From Oligoflexia bacterium (GTDB lineage: Bacteria; Bdellovibrionota; Bdellovibrionia; JABDDW01): a DNA stretch of 64,000 nt. Positions within the stretch are counted from its first letter, which is position 1; every line of letters begins with the position of its first letter. The translations under genes and the position numbers were made by a program. Under the pieces are notes generated by a model. That model was given only the letters and a program-made list of their open reading frames with translations. It made no database searches and was not told the origin of the DNA. This document shows, piece after piece, positions 1 through 8,759 of the stretch. The stretch covers positions 6,374 through 70,373 of the forward strand of contig JAYTHU010000170.1 in the NCBI GenBank assembly GCA_043732305.1, in the 5' to 3' direction.

Positions 1-479
1 GCACTTTGCGGAGGAGTATCTCTCCCATCAGTAATCACATGAATGTAGATATTTTTTTTGACATTTAATCTTTGAGCGGCTTCAAGCAGTAAAAAAAGAT
101 GATCGCAATGTGAATGGACCCCGCCATCACTGAGTAAACCCATGATATGGAGCGAACCTTCAGGAGACGTCATGACTCTTTTCACATCAGCAAGAGTTTC
201 AAAACCTTTCTCTTGAGCAAAATCACCGATCTTAGTGAATTCCTGTTTGATGATTCGACCACTTCCGATATTGAGATGACCAACTTCGCTATTACCCATG
301 ACACCTGGAGGAAGTCCAACGGCTGTGCCACTGGTGGTGATCAAGGAATGAGGATAGTTTTTTTCCATCTCATCTAAATTTGGTTTTTCCGCTTCGAAGA
401 TGGCGTTGTGTTCTTTGGTTTCAGAATGACCATATCCATCGAGAATTATCAGAATTGCTTTTCTAGTTGCATCACTCAT
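1..479 (-). CDS. gpmI: 2,3-bisphosphoglycerate-independent phosphoglycerate mutase, N-terminal part (runs off the window edge)
   Basis: Reverse-strand translation from the ATG (complement of 477-479) reads MSDATRKAILIILDGYGHSETKEHNAIFEAEKPNLDEM...GNSEVGHLNIGSGRI...LLSDGGVHSH, the typical iPGM N-terminus. No stop before position 1. Confidence 0.8.
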   Translation of the reverse strand, partial: MSDATRKAILIILDGYGHSETKEHNAIFEAEKPNLDEMEKNYPHSLITTSGTAVGLPPGVMGNSEVGHLNIGSGRIIKQEFTKIGDFAQEKGFETLADVKRVMTSPEGSLHIMGLLSDGGVHSHCDHLFLLLEAAQRLNVKKNIYIHVITDGRDTPPQS

Positions 480-942
480 TGTGATATTGAATCCCTTTTA
501 AAATTGTCATTGCCCTATAAACTTGCTCCAAAATCACCGCCATTGCAAGATGATGATTGAGGATCATTTCAGACAATTTGATCTTAAAATCTGCACGATT
601 CTTAACCGCATCGCCAACTCCATAAGCTCCACCAATGATGAAAATGAGCCGTTTCTTACCAGTTTGCATCCACTGGTTCATCTTTTTTGAAAACTCCATA
701 GATGTGACAGCTTTACCATTTTCATCACAAAGGACGACGTAATCTTCATTGCAAATGAATTCAAGAAACTTTTCAGTCTCCGCTTTAATTTTGGCAGTTT
801 TTTCTGATCGAGCAGAAGCTTTTGTTGAGAGGCATTTCACTTCGGTTTGAAACCAAAACGAAAGTTTTTTCTCATAATCCTTTTTCACCGCTTCAAGCCA
901 GTCTGGCAGACTCGAACTAGCGGTGACAAAGATTAATTTCAA
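472..942 (-). CDS. rlmH: 23S rRNA (pseudouridine1915-N3)-methyltransferase RlmH (SPOUT family)
   Basis: 156 aa, RLIFIIGGAYGV...ILNHHLAMAVILEQVYRA motif typical of RlmH/YbeA. Follows rsfS as in many bacteria. Confidence 0.85.
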   Translation of the reverse strand: MKLIFVTASSSLPDWLEAVKKDYEKKLSFWFQTEVKCLSTKASARSEKTAKIKAETEKFLEFICNEDYVVLCDENGKAVTSMEFSKKMNQWMQTGKKRLIFIIGGAYGVGDAVKNRADFKIKLSEMILNHHLAMAVILEQVYRAMTILKGIQYHNE

Positions 943-2309
943 TTCTTCCGAGCTTCTTTTTGGTCGTCTTTTTTCGCGACGGGCTTAGCTTCTAGAGTTT
1001 TTTTGGAACCCTGTGGTGGGAGTTCGTTTTGAATCTGGGGACAATCTCTCCACAGCTCTTCGATTCGATATTGGCCTCTCATCGCATCTTCGAAAACGTG
1101 AATCACGACGCCACCGTAATCTATCAAAACCCAGTGACCTTCGCGAGCGCCTTCAAAACTGATGGGACCTATTCCATACTCTTCCTTCACGCGCTCAACC
1201 ACATTGTGAGCGACCGAGATGGCGTGACGTGTGCTTGTTCCACTGCAGATAACGGAGAAGTCTGCGTATGTGTTCATAGCTTGCATGTCGTAAACTTTAA
1301 GAGCAATGCCCTTGAGATCTTGAGCAGCACGGCCACAGAAAAGTGAGAATTCTTTGTAGTCTTTGACCGCAGGAACGCTACGTTTGTAGAAACCTTTTTC
1401 ATTGATAAGGTCTAAGACCTGAGGGGAAACCATAGTTCTGGCATCACCACCGGCTCGTAATCTTTTTCTGATATCGGTCGATGAAACATTGATATCGTCA
1501 AGCTCAACCAATTCGATTGTGCGTTTGGTTTTCAGCTTGATGACTTTTCCATCGCTGGACGCAACATACTTTTCAAGTTCAGGATGAAGATCTTCCGCGA
1601 AGAGCGAAAGTTCAGTTCCAGGACGAGAAGTCACGATGAAATTTGCAAGCTTCAAAAGCTTAGGGAAATCTCTCCAAGTATGAAGATTCTTAAACGAGTC
1701 TGCACCAATGATGAAAAACAAATTGTCTGCATTATGAGTTTTGTTAAAAGCTTCCAAGGTGTCGACAGTGAAGCTTGTGCCACCACGTTTAATTTCTAGG
1801 TCGTCTGTTTGCAATTCAGGCTGATAAGCACTGACCGCAGCATCAATAAGTAAAAGACGATCTTGTGCTGAGGGTCCAGAAACTTCTCGATGAGGCGCGC
1901 GATTGACGGGGATGAAAACAACCCGATCAAGGATCATTTCGCTTTTCACAGTCATTGCAGCATTCAAATGACCGACGTGAATGGGATTAAACGCTCCGCC
2001 GAACAAACCTAAACGCTCAGTCGATAAATTTGGATTGAGTTTTGGCTCGCGAGGGGTTTTTGTAGCCTTTGTTGCTTTAGCTACTTTTGAAGCTTTCGCG
2101 ACAACGGTTTCCTTTACAACTTTTCTTTTCGCAGCGGGCTTCTTTGAAAAAACTTCCTTAGATGCGGGCTTTTTCGAAACCTTTGCTATTTTTTTTGCCA
2201 AGACCTTCTTAGCCAAGACTTTTTTAGCAATCGGCTTCGCTTTTTTAGCGCCTATTTTTTTCTTAGGTGTGGGCTTTTTAGTTTTTGTTTTCTTCATTAT
2301 TTTTTTCAT
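939..2309 (-). CDS. nadD: Nicotinate-nucleotide adenylyltransferase (NadD) fused in frame to ribosomal silencing factor RsfS, with a ~100 aa Lys/Ala-rich N-terminal extension
   Basis: A single 456 aa ORF. Residues 1-100 are KKxAKK repeats. The middle has GGAFNPIHVGHL...ADNLFFIIGADSF...STDIRKRL (NadD). The C-terminus has ALKVYDMQAMNTYADFSVICSGTSTRHAISVAHNVVERVKE...VVIHVFEDAMRGQYRIEELW (RsfS/iojap). There is no stop codon between the two parts. Confidence 0.75.
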   Translation of the reverse strand: MKKIMKKTKTKKPTPKKKIGAKKAKPIAKKVLAKKVLAKKIAKVSKKPASKEVFSKKPAAKRKVVKETVVAKASKVAKATKATKTPREPKLNPNLSTERLGLFGGAFNPIHVGHLNAAMTVKSEMILDRVVFIPVNRAPHREVSGPSAQDRLLLIDAAVSAYQPELQTDDLEIKRGGTSFTVDTLEAFNKTHNADNLFFIIGADSFKNLHTWRDFPKLLKLANFIVTSRPGTELSLFAEDLHPELEKYVASSDGKVIKLKTKRTIELVELDDINVSSTDIRKRLRAGGDARTMVSPQVLDLINEKGFYKRSVPAVKDYKEFSLFCGRAAQDLKGIALKVYDMQAMNTYADFSVICSGTSTRHAISVAHNVVERVKEEYGIGPISFEGAREGHWVLIDYGGVVIHVFEDAMRGQYRIEELWRDCPQIQNELPPQGSKKTLEAKPVAKKDDQKEARKN

Positions 2310-3318
2310 CGAGCATCCTCGTCATGCGGTCAACCAGTTCTTTGATACCAAAGCCAGCGACTGCGGAAATAAAGTGGGGAATAATCTGTTTTCGTTTAAA
2401 TTTCTGAGTGATCTCTTGCTTCTTCGCGTCGGACAAAACATCTGCTTTGTTCACGACTACCAATTGTTTGCGCGGAGAAAGCTCAAAGAAATCTTCTTGG
2501 TTTCTTTTGCTCTTGTCATAAAGTTTTAGCTCTTGATTGATGTCATCAAAATCTTGAATAGGATCGCGACCTGTGTGATCAGAGCCGTCCACCAAATGAA
2601 CAAAGAATTTTGTGCGTTCGATGTGCTTCAAAAATTTTATTCCAAGTCCAGCACCCTCATGTGCACCTTTGATCAATCCTGGAATATCGGCCACAACAAA
2701 ACTCTTTTCATGACCTTGAACAACACCAAGATTTGGAACCAATGTCGTGAAAGGATAATCTGCAATTTTTGGTTTAGCCGCTGAGATGCGAGAGATCAGT
2801 GTGGACTTACCTGCGTTTGGAAATCCGATGATTCCTACATCAGCGAGAAGTTTAAGTTCTAATCTGATTTCAGCTTCATCTCCAGGTTCGCCAGGCTGAG
2901 AAAACTTAGGTGCTTGATTGACACTGTTTTTGAAAAAGTCGTTTCCTTTTCCGCCGCGTCCGCCTGTGAAAAAAGTGAACTCTTGATTGATTCCACTCAG
3001 ATCAGCAATAACTTCGCCGTTTTCTTTTTTGATAATAGTTCCGACAGGCAAAACAATGATGACGTCTGCTCCATTATGACCAGTCATATTTTGTTTGGAA
3101 CCGGGATCACCGTCAGCAGCAATGAATCGTCGATTGAATTTGAAATCGAGAAGAGTTCCGATCTGGGCGTTGGTGCGAAAAATAACATCGCCGCCTTTGC
3201 CGCCATCCCCACCATCGGGGCCGCCGCGAGGAACAAATTTTTCCCTGCGCCAAGAAACTGCGCCGGCACCACCATGACCAGATTTTACATAGATCTTACA
3301 TTCGTCAATAAACTTCAT
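2278..3318 (-). CDS. obg: GTPase Obg/CgtA
   Basis: MKFIDECKIYVKSGHGGAGAVSWRREKF (Obg fold N-domain) plus G-domain GFPNAGKSTL, DIPGLIKGA and NKAD. 346 aa. Confidence 0.9.
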   Translation of the reverse strand: MKFIDECKIYVKSGHGGAGAVSWRREKFVPRGGPDGGDGGKGGDVIFRTNAQIGTLLDFKFNRRFIAADGDPGSKQNMTGHNGADVIIVLPVGTIIKKENGEVIADLSGINQEFTFFTGGRGGKGNDFFKNSVNQAPKFSQPGEPGDEAEIRLELKLLADVGIIGFPNAGKSTLISRISAAKPKIADYPFTTLVPNLGVVQGHEKSFVVADIPGLIKGAHEGAGLGIKFLKHIERTKFFVHLVDGSDHTGRDPIQDFDDINQELKLYDKSKRNQEDFFELSPRKQLVVVNKADVLSDAKKQEITQKFKRKQIIPHFISAVAGFGIKELVDRMTRMLDEKNNEENKN

Positions 3319-3360
3319 AGATCAAACTTCCTAAAACACGTTTCCAAAGACAACTTCTTA

Positions 3361-3393
3361 AAACAAAAAAAGGGGTGAGATTAACTCTCACCC
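3361..3393 (-). terminator. Rho-independent terminator or attenuator between rpmA and obg
   Basis: GGGGTGAGA-ttaac-TCTCACCCC perfect 9-bp stem at 3371-3393. On the minus strand it is followed by TTTTTTTGTT (plus-strand A-run 3361-3370). Confidence 0.55.
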
Positions 3394-3417
3394 CTTAGAG
3401 CTAAACTTTTTTAATAA

Positions 3418-3672
3418 TTAAGCGGGCAGAACACTCACGGCTTGACGTGTTTTTGTCTTTCTCGTGAATGTCACTTTGCCTTCAATCAAAGCATAGATGG
3501 TGAAATCGCGGCCAACGCCAACGTTTGCACCGGGGTGAAACTGAGTTCCTCGTTGACGAACAATGATGGTTCCTGGCTGAACCGTTTCGCCGCCGAAGCG
3601 TTTGACACCTAGTCTTTGACTATTAGAATCTCGACCGTTTCTAGTACTACCACCAGCTTTTTTTGTTGCCAT
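3418..3672 (-). CDS. rpmA: 50S ribosomal protein L27
   Basis: [29 protein letters not shown]...[11 protein letters not shown] is canonical L27. Confidence 0.9.
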   Translation of the reverse strand: MATKKAGGSTRNGRDSNSQRLGVKRFGGETVQPGTIIVRQRGTQFHPGANVGVGRDFTIYALIEGKVTFTRKTKTRQAVSVLPA

Positions 3673-3711
3673 TTCTATCCTCTAAATTTCTATTCGCAAA
3701 TGCTTTGCGTT

Positions 3712-4287
3712 TTATTTTTTAGCTTTTTTAGTTGCTGCTTTTTTTGGCGCAGCTTTCTTTTTACCGACGCTCTTTTTCTTAGCGGCTCCGCCTTTTTTTG
3801 CAGAAGCAGCTTTTTTAGCTGGTTTCTCGACTGCGGGCTCTTCGCCGTTGGCGACAGCTAAACGAGCAAGTCTTGTTCTTTCTCTTTGCGCTTCGCTAGC
3901 TGCTACTTTTCTAGCTTCAATGCGAGCTGCGTCCCAAACGTTGGGTTCGCCTTCGGCTTTGAAACTTGCACCAGCAGATGCGATTTCAGTGACAAAGAGT
4001 CTGGTCAACTCTGAACGGTGACCTCTCATTTTGCGATATTTGTGACGTCTTTTCTTCTTATAGACTAAGACTTTTTCTCCACGAAACTGACGTTCAATCA
4101 CAACAGTGACTGTAGCTCCGGAAACATGAGGTGCGCCTACGAGCAATTTTTCTCCACCGATCATCAAAACTTCGGTGATAGTGATTTTGTCTCCGGGGTT
4201 ACCATCTAATTTTTCAACACTCAGTGAGTCGCCAGCGGAAACTCTATACTGTCTGCCACTTGTTTTAATAACGGCGTATGGGATCAT
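3712..4287 (-). CDS. rplU: 50S ribosomal protein L21 with a ~90 aa Lys/Ala-rich C-terminal extension
   Basis: Starts at the internal ATG (MIPYAVIKTSGRQYRV...), which is preceded by AAGGAG. The L21 core is about 103 aa and is followed by AKKAASAKKGGAAKKKSVGKKKAAPKKAATKKAKK. Confidence 0.85.
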   Translation of the reverse strand: MIPYAVIKTSGRQYRVSAGDSLSVEKLDGNPGDKITITEVLMIGGEKLLVGAPHVSGATVTVVIERQFRGEKVLVYKKKRRHKYRKMRGHRSELTRLFVTEIASAGASFKAEGEPNVWDAARIEARKVAASEAQRERTRLARLAVANGEEPAVEKPAKKAASAKKGGAAKKKSVGKKKAAPKKAATKKAKK

Positions 4288-4376
4288 CGTTCTACTCCTT
4301 AAAATGCAATCTGAACTCAACGTTTTGCCACGGAAAGACTTGGGTTGTCAATGTATTAGACCGTTTCGCAAAAGAC

Positions 4377-5909
4377 TTAGCCATCTTGTGCCTTGGAAAT
4401 CACTTCAAACTGCTCCAAATGGAAGGTGGATTCAGTCTTTATGACAACGGGGCGGCCAAGATTTTTCTCGGTTTGTTCAAGCATTTCGCGCTCTTCGTCA
4501 TAAAGCCAATCGGCCACTTCGGGATGAACATGGATTTGGGTAGAGGCGGCGCTCTTGATACGAAGTTCTCTTTGAAGTTCTCGGAAAATTTCATAGCAGA
4601 TTGTTGTTTTGCTTTTAATGTAGCCTTTGCCATCGCAATAATTGCAAGGCTCGCACAATGTTCGAGTGAGACTTTCGCGCGTCCGCTTTCGAGTCATTTC
4701 AACCAATCCGAGAGAAGACATATTCAGCACATTGGTTTTTGCGCGATCTTTCAAGAGCTCTTCTTTGATAGCCGACAGAACTTTTTCTCGATTGGTTTCT
4801 TTTTCCATATCGATAAAATCCAAAATAATAATGCCGCCGCAATTGCGAAGCCTCAATTGATAAGCGATTTCTTTAACAGCTTCTAAATTTGTTTTGATGA
4901 TTGTGTCTTCTAGATTATGTCGACCAACATAGCGACCAGTGTTTACATCGATCGCGACTAAAGCTTCAGCTTCGTCGACTATGATGTAGCCACCACTCTT
5001 GAGCCAAACTTTTCGGCCTAGTGCTCGAGATATTTCCAACTCGATTCCAAAACTATCAAAAATAGGTTCTTCACCTTGATAAAGTTCAATATTATTTTTT
5101 AGCCGAGGCATAAATTGATTCACAAATTTGAGAACTTTTTTATGCGCTTTAGGATCATCGATGATCAGACGCTTCACATCATCAGTGAACAAATCGCGAA
5201 CTCCACGAAGCTCTACATCTAATTCTTCGTGAACTGTTCCTGCACCTTGTTTTTTCTCATAACTTCGCTGCACTTCTTTCCAAAGCCTGGTGAGATATTC
5301 CATGTCTGACTTGATTGATTTTTGACTGATGCCTTCACAAGCGGTTCGAATAATAAATCCGCCCTCAGGTGGCCTGAAAGAACTGACCACGTCTTTGAGA
5401 CGCTTGCGTTCCGCTTCACTTTCGATGCGGCGAGAAACGCCGATGTGATTGACGGTAGGCATGTACACTAAGTTTCGACCAGGCAAGCTGATGTGAGTGG
5501 TGATGCGCGCACCTTTTGTGCCAATGGAATCCTTAGCCACTTGAACTAGAATCTCTTGTCCCTCTTTGACTAAATCTTGAATGGGGGGAAGATTCGAACC
5601 GGAGGGTTTGTTTTGTTGAAGATTTTGATGTTTCTGACCTTCTTCATCGCTAACCAAATCTTCCTCATCCTCGGTAAATTCATGAGCACGAATGTCACCG
5701 ACGTATAGGAATGCGGCACGATCTAGACCAATGTCCACAAAGCAAGCTTGCATGCCAGGGAGAACGCGAATTATTTTTCCTTTGAAAACAGATCCAACTA
5801 GACCTTTTTCTCGAGAGCGCTCCACCAAAAGATCAGTAATGACCCCATTTTCTACAAAGGCCACGCGAGTTTCGACCGGAGTCGAGTTGATGACTAATTC
5901 TGACGGCAT
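4377..5909 (-). CDS. rng: Ribonuclease G/E family endoribonuclease (RNase G-like, 510 aa)
   Basis: S1-domain N-terminus MPSELVINSTPVETRVAFVENGVITDLLVER...GSVFKGKIIRVLPGMQACFVDIG, plus the DNase I-like catalytic region. The size matches RNase G/CafA. Confidence 0.8.
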   Translation of the reverse strand: MPSELVINSTPVETRVAFVENGVITDLLVERSREKGLVGSVFKGKIIRVLPGMQACFVDIGLDRAAFLYVGDIRAHEFTEDEEDLVSDEEGQKHQNLQQNKPSGSNLPPIQDLVKEGQEILVQVAKDSIGTKGARITTHISLPGRNLVYMPTVNHIGVSRRIESEAERKRLKDVVSSFRPPEGGFIIRTACEGISQKSIKSDMEYLTRLWKEVQRSYEKKQGAGTVHEELDVELRGVRDLFTDDVKRLIIDDPKAHKKVLKFVNQFMPRLKNNIELYQGEEPIFDSFGIELEISRALGRKVWLKSGGYIIVDEAEALVAIDVNTGRYVGRHNLEDTIIKTNLEAVKEIAYQLRLRNCGGIIILDFIDMEKETNREKVLSAIKEELLKDRAKTNVLNMSSLGLVEMTRKRTRESLTRTLCEPCNYCDGKGYIKSKTTICYEIFRELQRELRIKSAASTQIHVHPEVADWLYDEEREMLEQTEKNLGRPVVIKTESTFHLEQFEVISKAQDG

Positions 5910-5973
5910 TTTTTAAAAACCTCTATAAACTTTATTGCGATTCGATCCGATCAAGTTAGCACAAAGGGTGGGT

Positions 5974-7131
5974 ATGGCAAAGCTCGATCAACTATTCGCA
6001 GTGATGAAACAACAGAACGCGTCGGATTTACATCTGTCTACGGGGGCACCTCCGTTTCTGCGCCATATGGGGCAAATGGTAAAATTAAATTACCACGATC
6101 TTTCCGCAGAAGAATGCCAAGCACTTATCTTTGAACTACTCACAGAAAAACAAAAACGTCTATTCATGGAAAACTGGGAGCTGGATTGCAGTTACCAAGC
6201 TGAAGGTATCGGCCGATTTCGAGTGAACGTTTTTATGCAAAGAAAAGGAATCAGCGCAGTTTTCCGAATTATTCCAACAGAAATCAAATCAGCCACTGAA
6301 CTTGGATTGCCCGATTCTATTTTGCAAATGTGTGCGGCCCCTAAAGGTTTGATCTTAGTGGTCGGCCCCACCGGTTCGGGGAAATCCACTACACTAGCCT
6401 CGCTCATTCATCATATTAATTTGAATGAAAACCTGCACATTCTCACAGTCGAAGATCCAATTGAGTTTGTGCACAACAATATTAAATCTCTAGTTTCTCA
6501 GCGGGAAGTTTCCGGTCACACAAAATCTTTTGCGAATGCACTGAAAGCGGCACTTCGTGAAGATCCTGACATTATTTTGGTTGGTGAAATGCGTGACCTT
6601 GAAACAATCAGCTTAGCTCTTACCGCAGCTGAAACGGGTCACTTGGTTTTTGGTACTCTTCATACTTCGGGCGCTCACAAAACTGTGGACCGAATCATTG
6701 ACGTTTTCCCGCAAGAACAGCAATCACAGATTCGCGTGATGCTTGCTGAAAGTTTGCGCGGGGTAGTGGCGCAAACGCTATTGCCAAAAGCCGACGGTAC
6801 AGGACGGGTCGCAGCTCTTGAAATCATGCATAACAATAATGCGATTGCGAATTTGATTCGTGAAGGAAAGACTTTCCAAATTCCCAACACCATGCAAACT
6901 AGCAAGGGCGAAGGAATGGTTACGCTTGAGCAATACATGCAAGAACTGATGAAAAAAGGATTAATTTCCGCAGCAACTTACGGAGATGCCCTGGGGAAAA
7001 AAGCTCCAGTAGTTCATTCAACATCGGGTAGCGAGGCTACATCAACGGGACTAACAAGTTCTACGGTAGCTCAAAATACAAGCATAAGCAAAGTTTTGCC
7101 CGGGATGCCTCCCCTTAAAAAATCATCTTAA
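5974..7131 (+). CDS. pilT: Type IV pilus retraction ATPase PilT, with a ~40 aa Ser/Thr-rich C-terminal tail
   Basis: ASDLHLSTGAPPFLRHMGQM, Walker A GPTGSGKSTT, and His/Asp boxes. Start placed at the ATG after the AAAGGG RBS; the ORF-track start is an upstream TTG. Confidence 0.85.
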   Translation: MAKLDQLFAVMKQQNASDLHLSTGAPPFLRHMGQMVKLNYHDLSAEECQALIFELLTEKQKRLFMENWELDCSYQAEGIGRFRVNVFMQRKGISAVFRIIPTEIKSATELGLPDSILQMCAAPKGLILVVGPTGSGKSTTLASLIHHINLNENLHILTVEDPIEFVHNNIKSLVSQREVSGHTKSFANALKAALREDPDIILVGEMRDLETISLALTAAETGHLVFGTLHTSGAHKTVDRIIDVFPQEQQSQIRVMLAESLRGVVAQTLLPKADGTGRVAALEIMHNNNAIANLIREGKTFQIPNTMQTSKGEGMVTLEQYMQELMKKGLISAATYGDALGKKAPVVHSTSGSEATSTGLTSSTVAQNTSISKVLPGMPPLKKSS

Positions 7132-7136
7132 TATAT

Positions 7137-7577
7137 TTAGAAGATAAGACTGAAGTTAGCCCCGCCACCATCAGGCTTTTGCGTTTCTGCGGATTGTGTG
7201 ATGAATGGATCGACTGAAAATTTCGCGCCTTTTTTGCTTTTTTCATCTGGCTCAGTGTAATAGTCTCTTGTCGAAACAGATTTCACCGTCACATACGCAG
7301 TTCCAGCAATAACTCCGACGGCAAATCCAATTGCAATGTTCACTAATTGATCTTGCGGTCTTCCATAAAAACTTAAAGTCGAGAGGCCAAGAATTGCGCC
7401 ACCGAGCCCCGCAAAAACAATTGTCGCCAACTGTCTACGAGGTCCAGAGCTATGTTTAAGATCACCATCGGCTTGATTGTTTTGCTGAGCCTGCGCCTGC
7501 GCCTGATTTTCTAGTGCAACACTGCAAAAAATGAAACTTAGAGCCAAGACTGCCGCTAATATTTTATTCAATTTCAT
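7137..7577 (-). CDS. Hypothetical secreted protein with glycine-zipper segments
   Basis: Signal peptide MKLNKILAAVLALSFIFCSVA, a QAQAQAQQNNQ low-complexity stretch, and GLGGAILGL / IGFAVGVIAG glycine-zipper-like motifs. The C-terminus ends NFSLIF. Confidence 0.45.
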   Translation of the reverse strand: MKLNKILAAVLALSFIFCSVALENQAQAQAQQNNQADGDLKHSSGPRRQLATIVFAGLGGAILGLSTLSFYGRPQDQLVNIAIGFAVGVIAGTAYVTVKSVSTRDYYTEPDEKSKKGAKFSVDPFITQSAETQKPDGGGANFSLIF

Positions 7578-7869
7578 CTCTCCTGATTTCAAATTTCTCT
7601 GACATCTGCTTTTCCAACGGCTCACTCGCAGCAATCGAAAAATCAATGACACTCACGTCTTTGACTTTAGCAAACATTGGGCCTTGCTTAGCCCACGCCA
7701 CTAATGATCCCACATCCGAATCGGGACCGGATACAAGTATTTCCACTCTTCCATCCGGCAGATTTCTTACCCACCCCCTCAGTTTCAACCGAATTGCGGC
7801 ATGAAAGCAAGACTTGCGGTAACCTACTCCCTGAACTTTTCCGCTGACGAAGATCTTTTTGACAGTCAT
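7564..7869 (-). CDS. acyP: Acylphosphatase
   Basis: VSGKVQGVGYRKSCFHAAIRLKLRGWVRNLPDGRVEI is the acylphosphatase signature. Start moved to the internal ATG (MTVKKIF...). Confidence 0.7.
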   Translation of the reverse strand: MTVKKIFVSGKVQGVGYRKSCFHAAIRLKLRGWVRNLPDGRVEILVSGPDSDVGSLVAWAKQGPMFAKVKDVSVIDFSIAASEPLEKQMSEKFEIRRDEIE

Positions 7870-7916
7870 AACAGTTAACCTAATCGAAAACGCAGCACTT
7901 TGACAAGACCCTGCAT

Positions 7917-8759
7917 GTGTTGTTATGGTGCTCATGGAGCGGAAAAAACAATATGACTGATAAAAATAAAAGAGATTTAGAACACCTTGTTGAGGCGGTA
8001 ACCGCTGCTGTTATGAATAAAATCTCGCCAAAAGCTTTGTCCGCCAAAGCGCACGAAAGCATTCCGATGGCTCGGCCGGAGGAGTCCATAGACATGAATA
8101 TCGCGGCGATGATCGATCACACACTTCTGAAACCGGATGTCTCCCAAGATCAAATAAAAAAACTGTGTGAAGAGGCAAGGCAATATGGTTTTGCTACGGT
8201 ATGCGTGAACTCGAGCAATGTGGGTTTGGCAGCACAACTTTTGCGAGGTTCATCAGTCAAAGCCATTGCTGTGGTGGGGTTCCCCTTAGGAGCAGCCACA
8301 AGTTCGGCCAAAGCTTTTGAAACTTTGGAAGCTATTCGAAATGGTTCACTCGAGATTGACACCGTTATTAATATTGGAGCCCTTAAAAGCAAAGATTACC
8401 GTGAAGTTTATCTCGATATTCGGGCTGTGGTTGAAGCCGCGGGATCTATCCCAGTAAAAGTAATTTTAGAAATATCGCAATTGAATCTTGAAGAGAAAAT
8501 AATCGCCTGTGGATTATCAAAAGCAGCGGGCGCGGCATTTGTAAAAACCAGCACCGGATTCACAGGTGGCGGAGCTACTATTGAAGACGTGAAGCTGATG
8601 AGGAAAATCGTTGGCCCCAAAATGGGAGTCAAAGCTAGCGGCGGAGTGAGAACTAGAGAAGATGCTCTTGCGATGATTGCTGCAGGTGCTAATCGGTTAG
8701 GCACATCTTCAAGTATTGCCATAGTTACAGGTCAAATTGCAGGCGGTCAGGGCTATTGA
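7917..8759 (+). CDS. deoC: Deoxyribose-phosphate aldolase
   Basis: IDHTLLKPDVSQDQIKKLCEEA...ATVCVNS...VVGFPLGA...VKVILE...VKTSTGF...VKASGGVRT are DeoC class I motifs. The true start is probably the internal ATG, about 12 codons into the ORF-track ORF. Confidence 0.85.
   Translation: MLLWCSWSGKNNMTDKNKRDLEHLVEAVTAAVMNKISPKALSAKAHESIPMARPEESIDMNIAAMIDHTLLKPDVSQDQIKKLCEEARQYGFATVCVNSSNVGLAAQLLRGSSVKAIAVVGFPLGAATSSAKAFETLEAIRNGSLEIDTVINIGALKSKDYREVYLDIRAVVEAAGSIPVKVILEISQLNLEEKIIACGLSKAAGAAFVKTSTGFTGGGATIEDVKLMRKIVGPKMGVKASGGVRTREDALAMIAAGANRLGTSSSIAIVTGQIAGGQGY

Noticed and set aside
1981-2529. 182 aa plus-strand ORF (and similar antisense ORFs at 1029..1346, 4278..4886, 24845..25468, 25789..26205, 26706..27086, 41855..42088)
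   Set aside because: Each lies antisense to a CDS with strong, recognisable family motifs (NadD/Obg, RNase G, M16 peptidase, HemW, secreted protein). They have odd Phe/Leu/Ser-rich compositions and no recognisable domains. I regard them as shadow ORFs.
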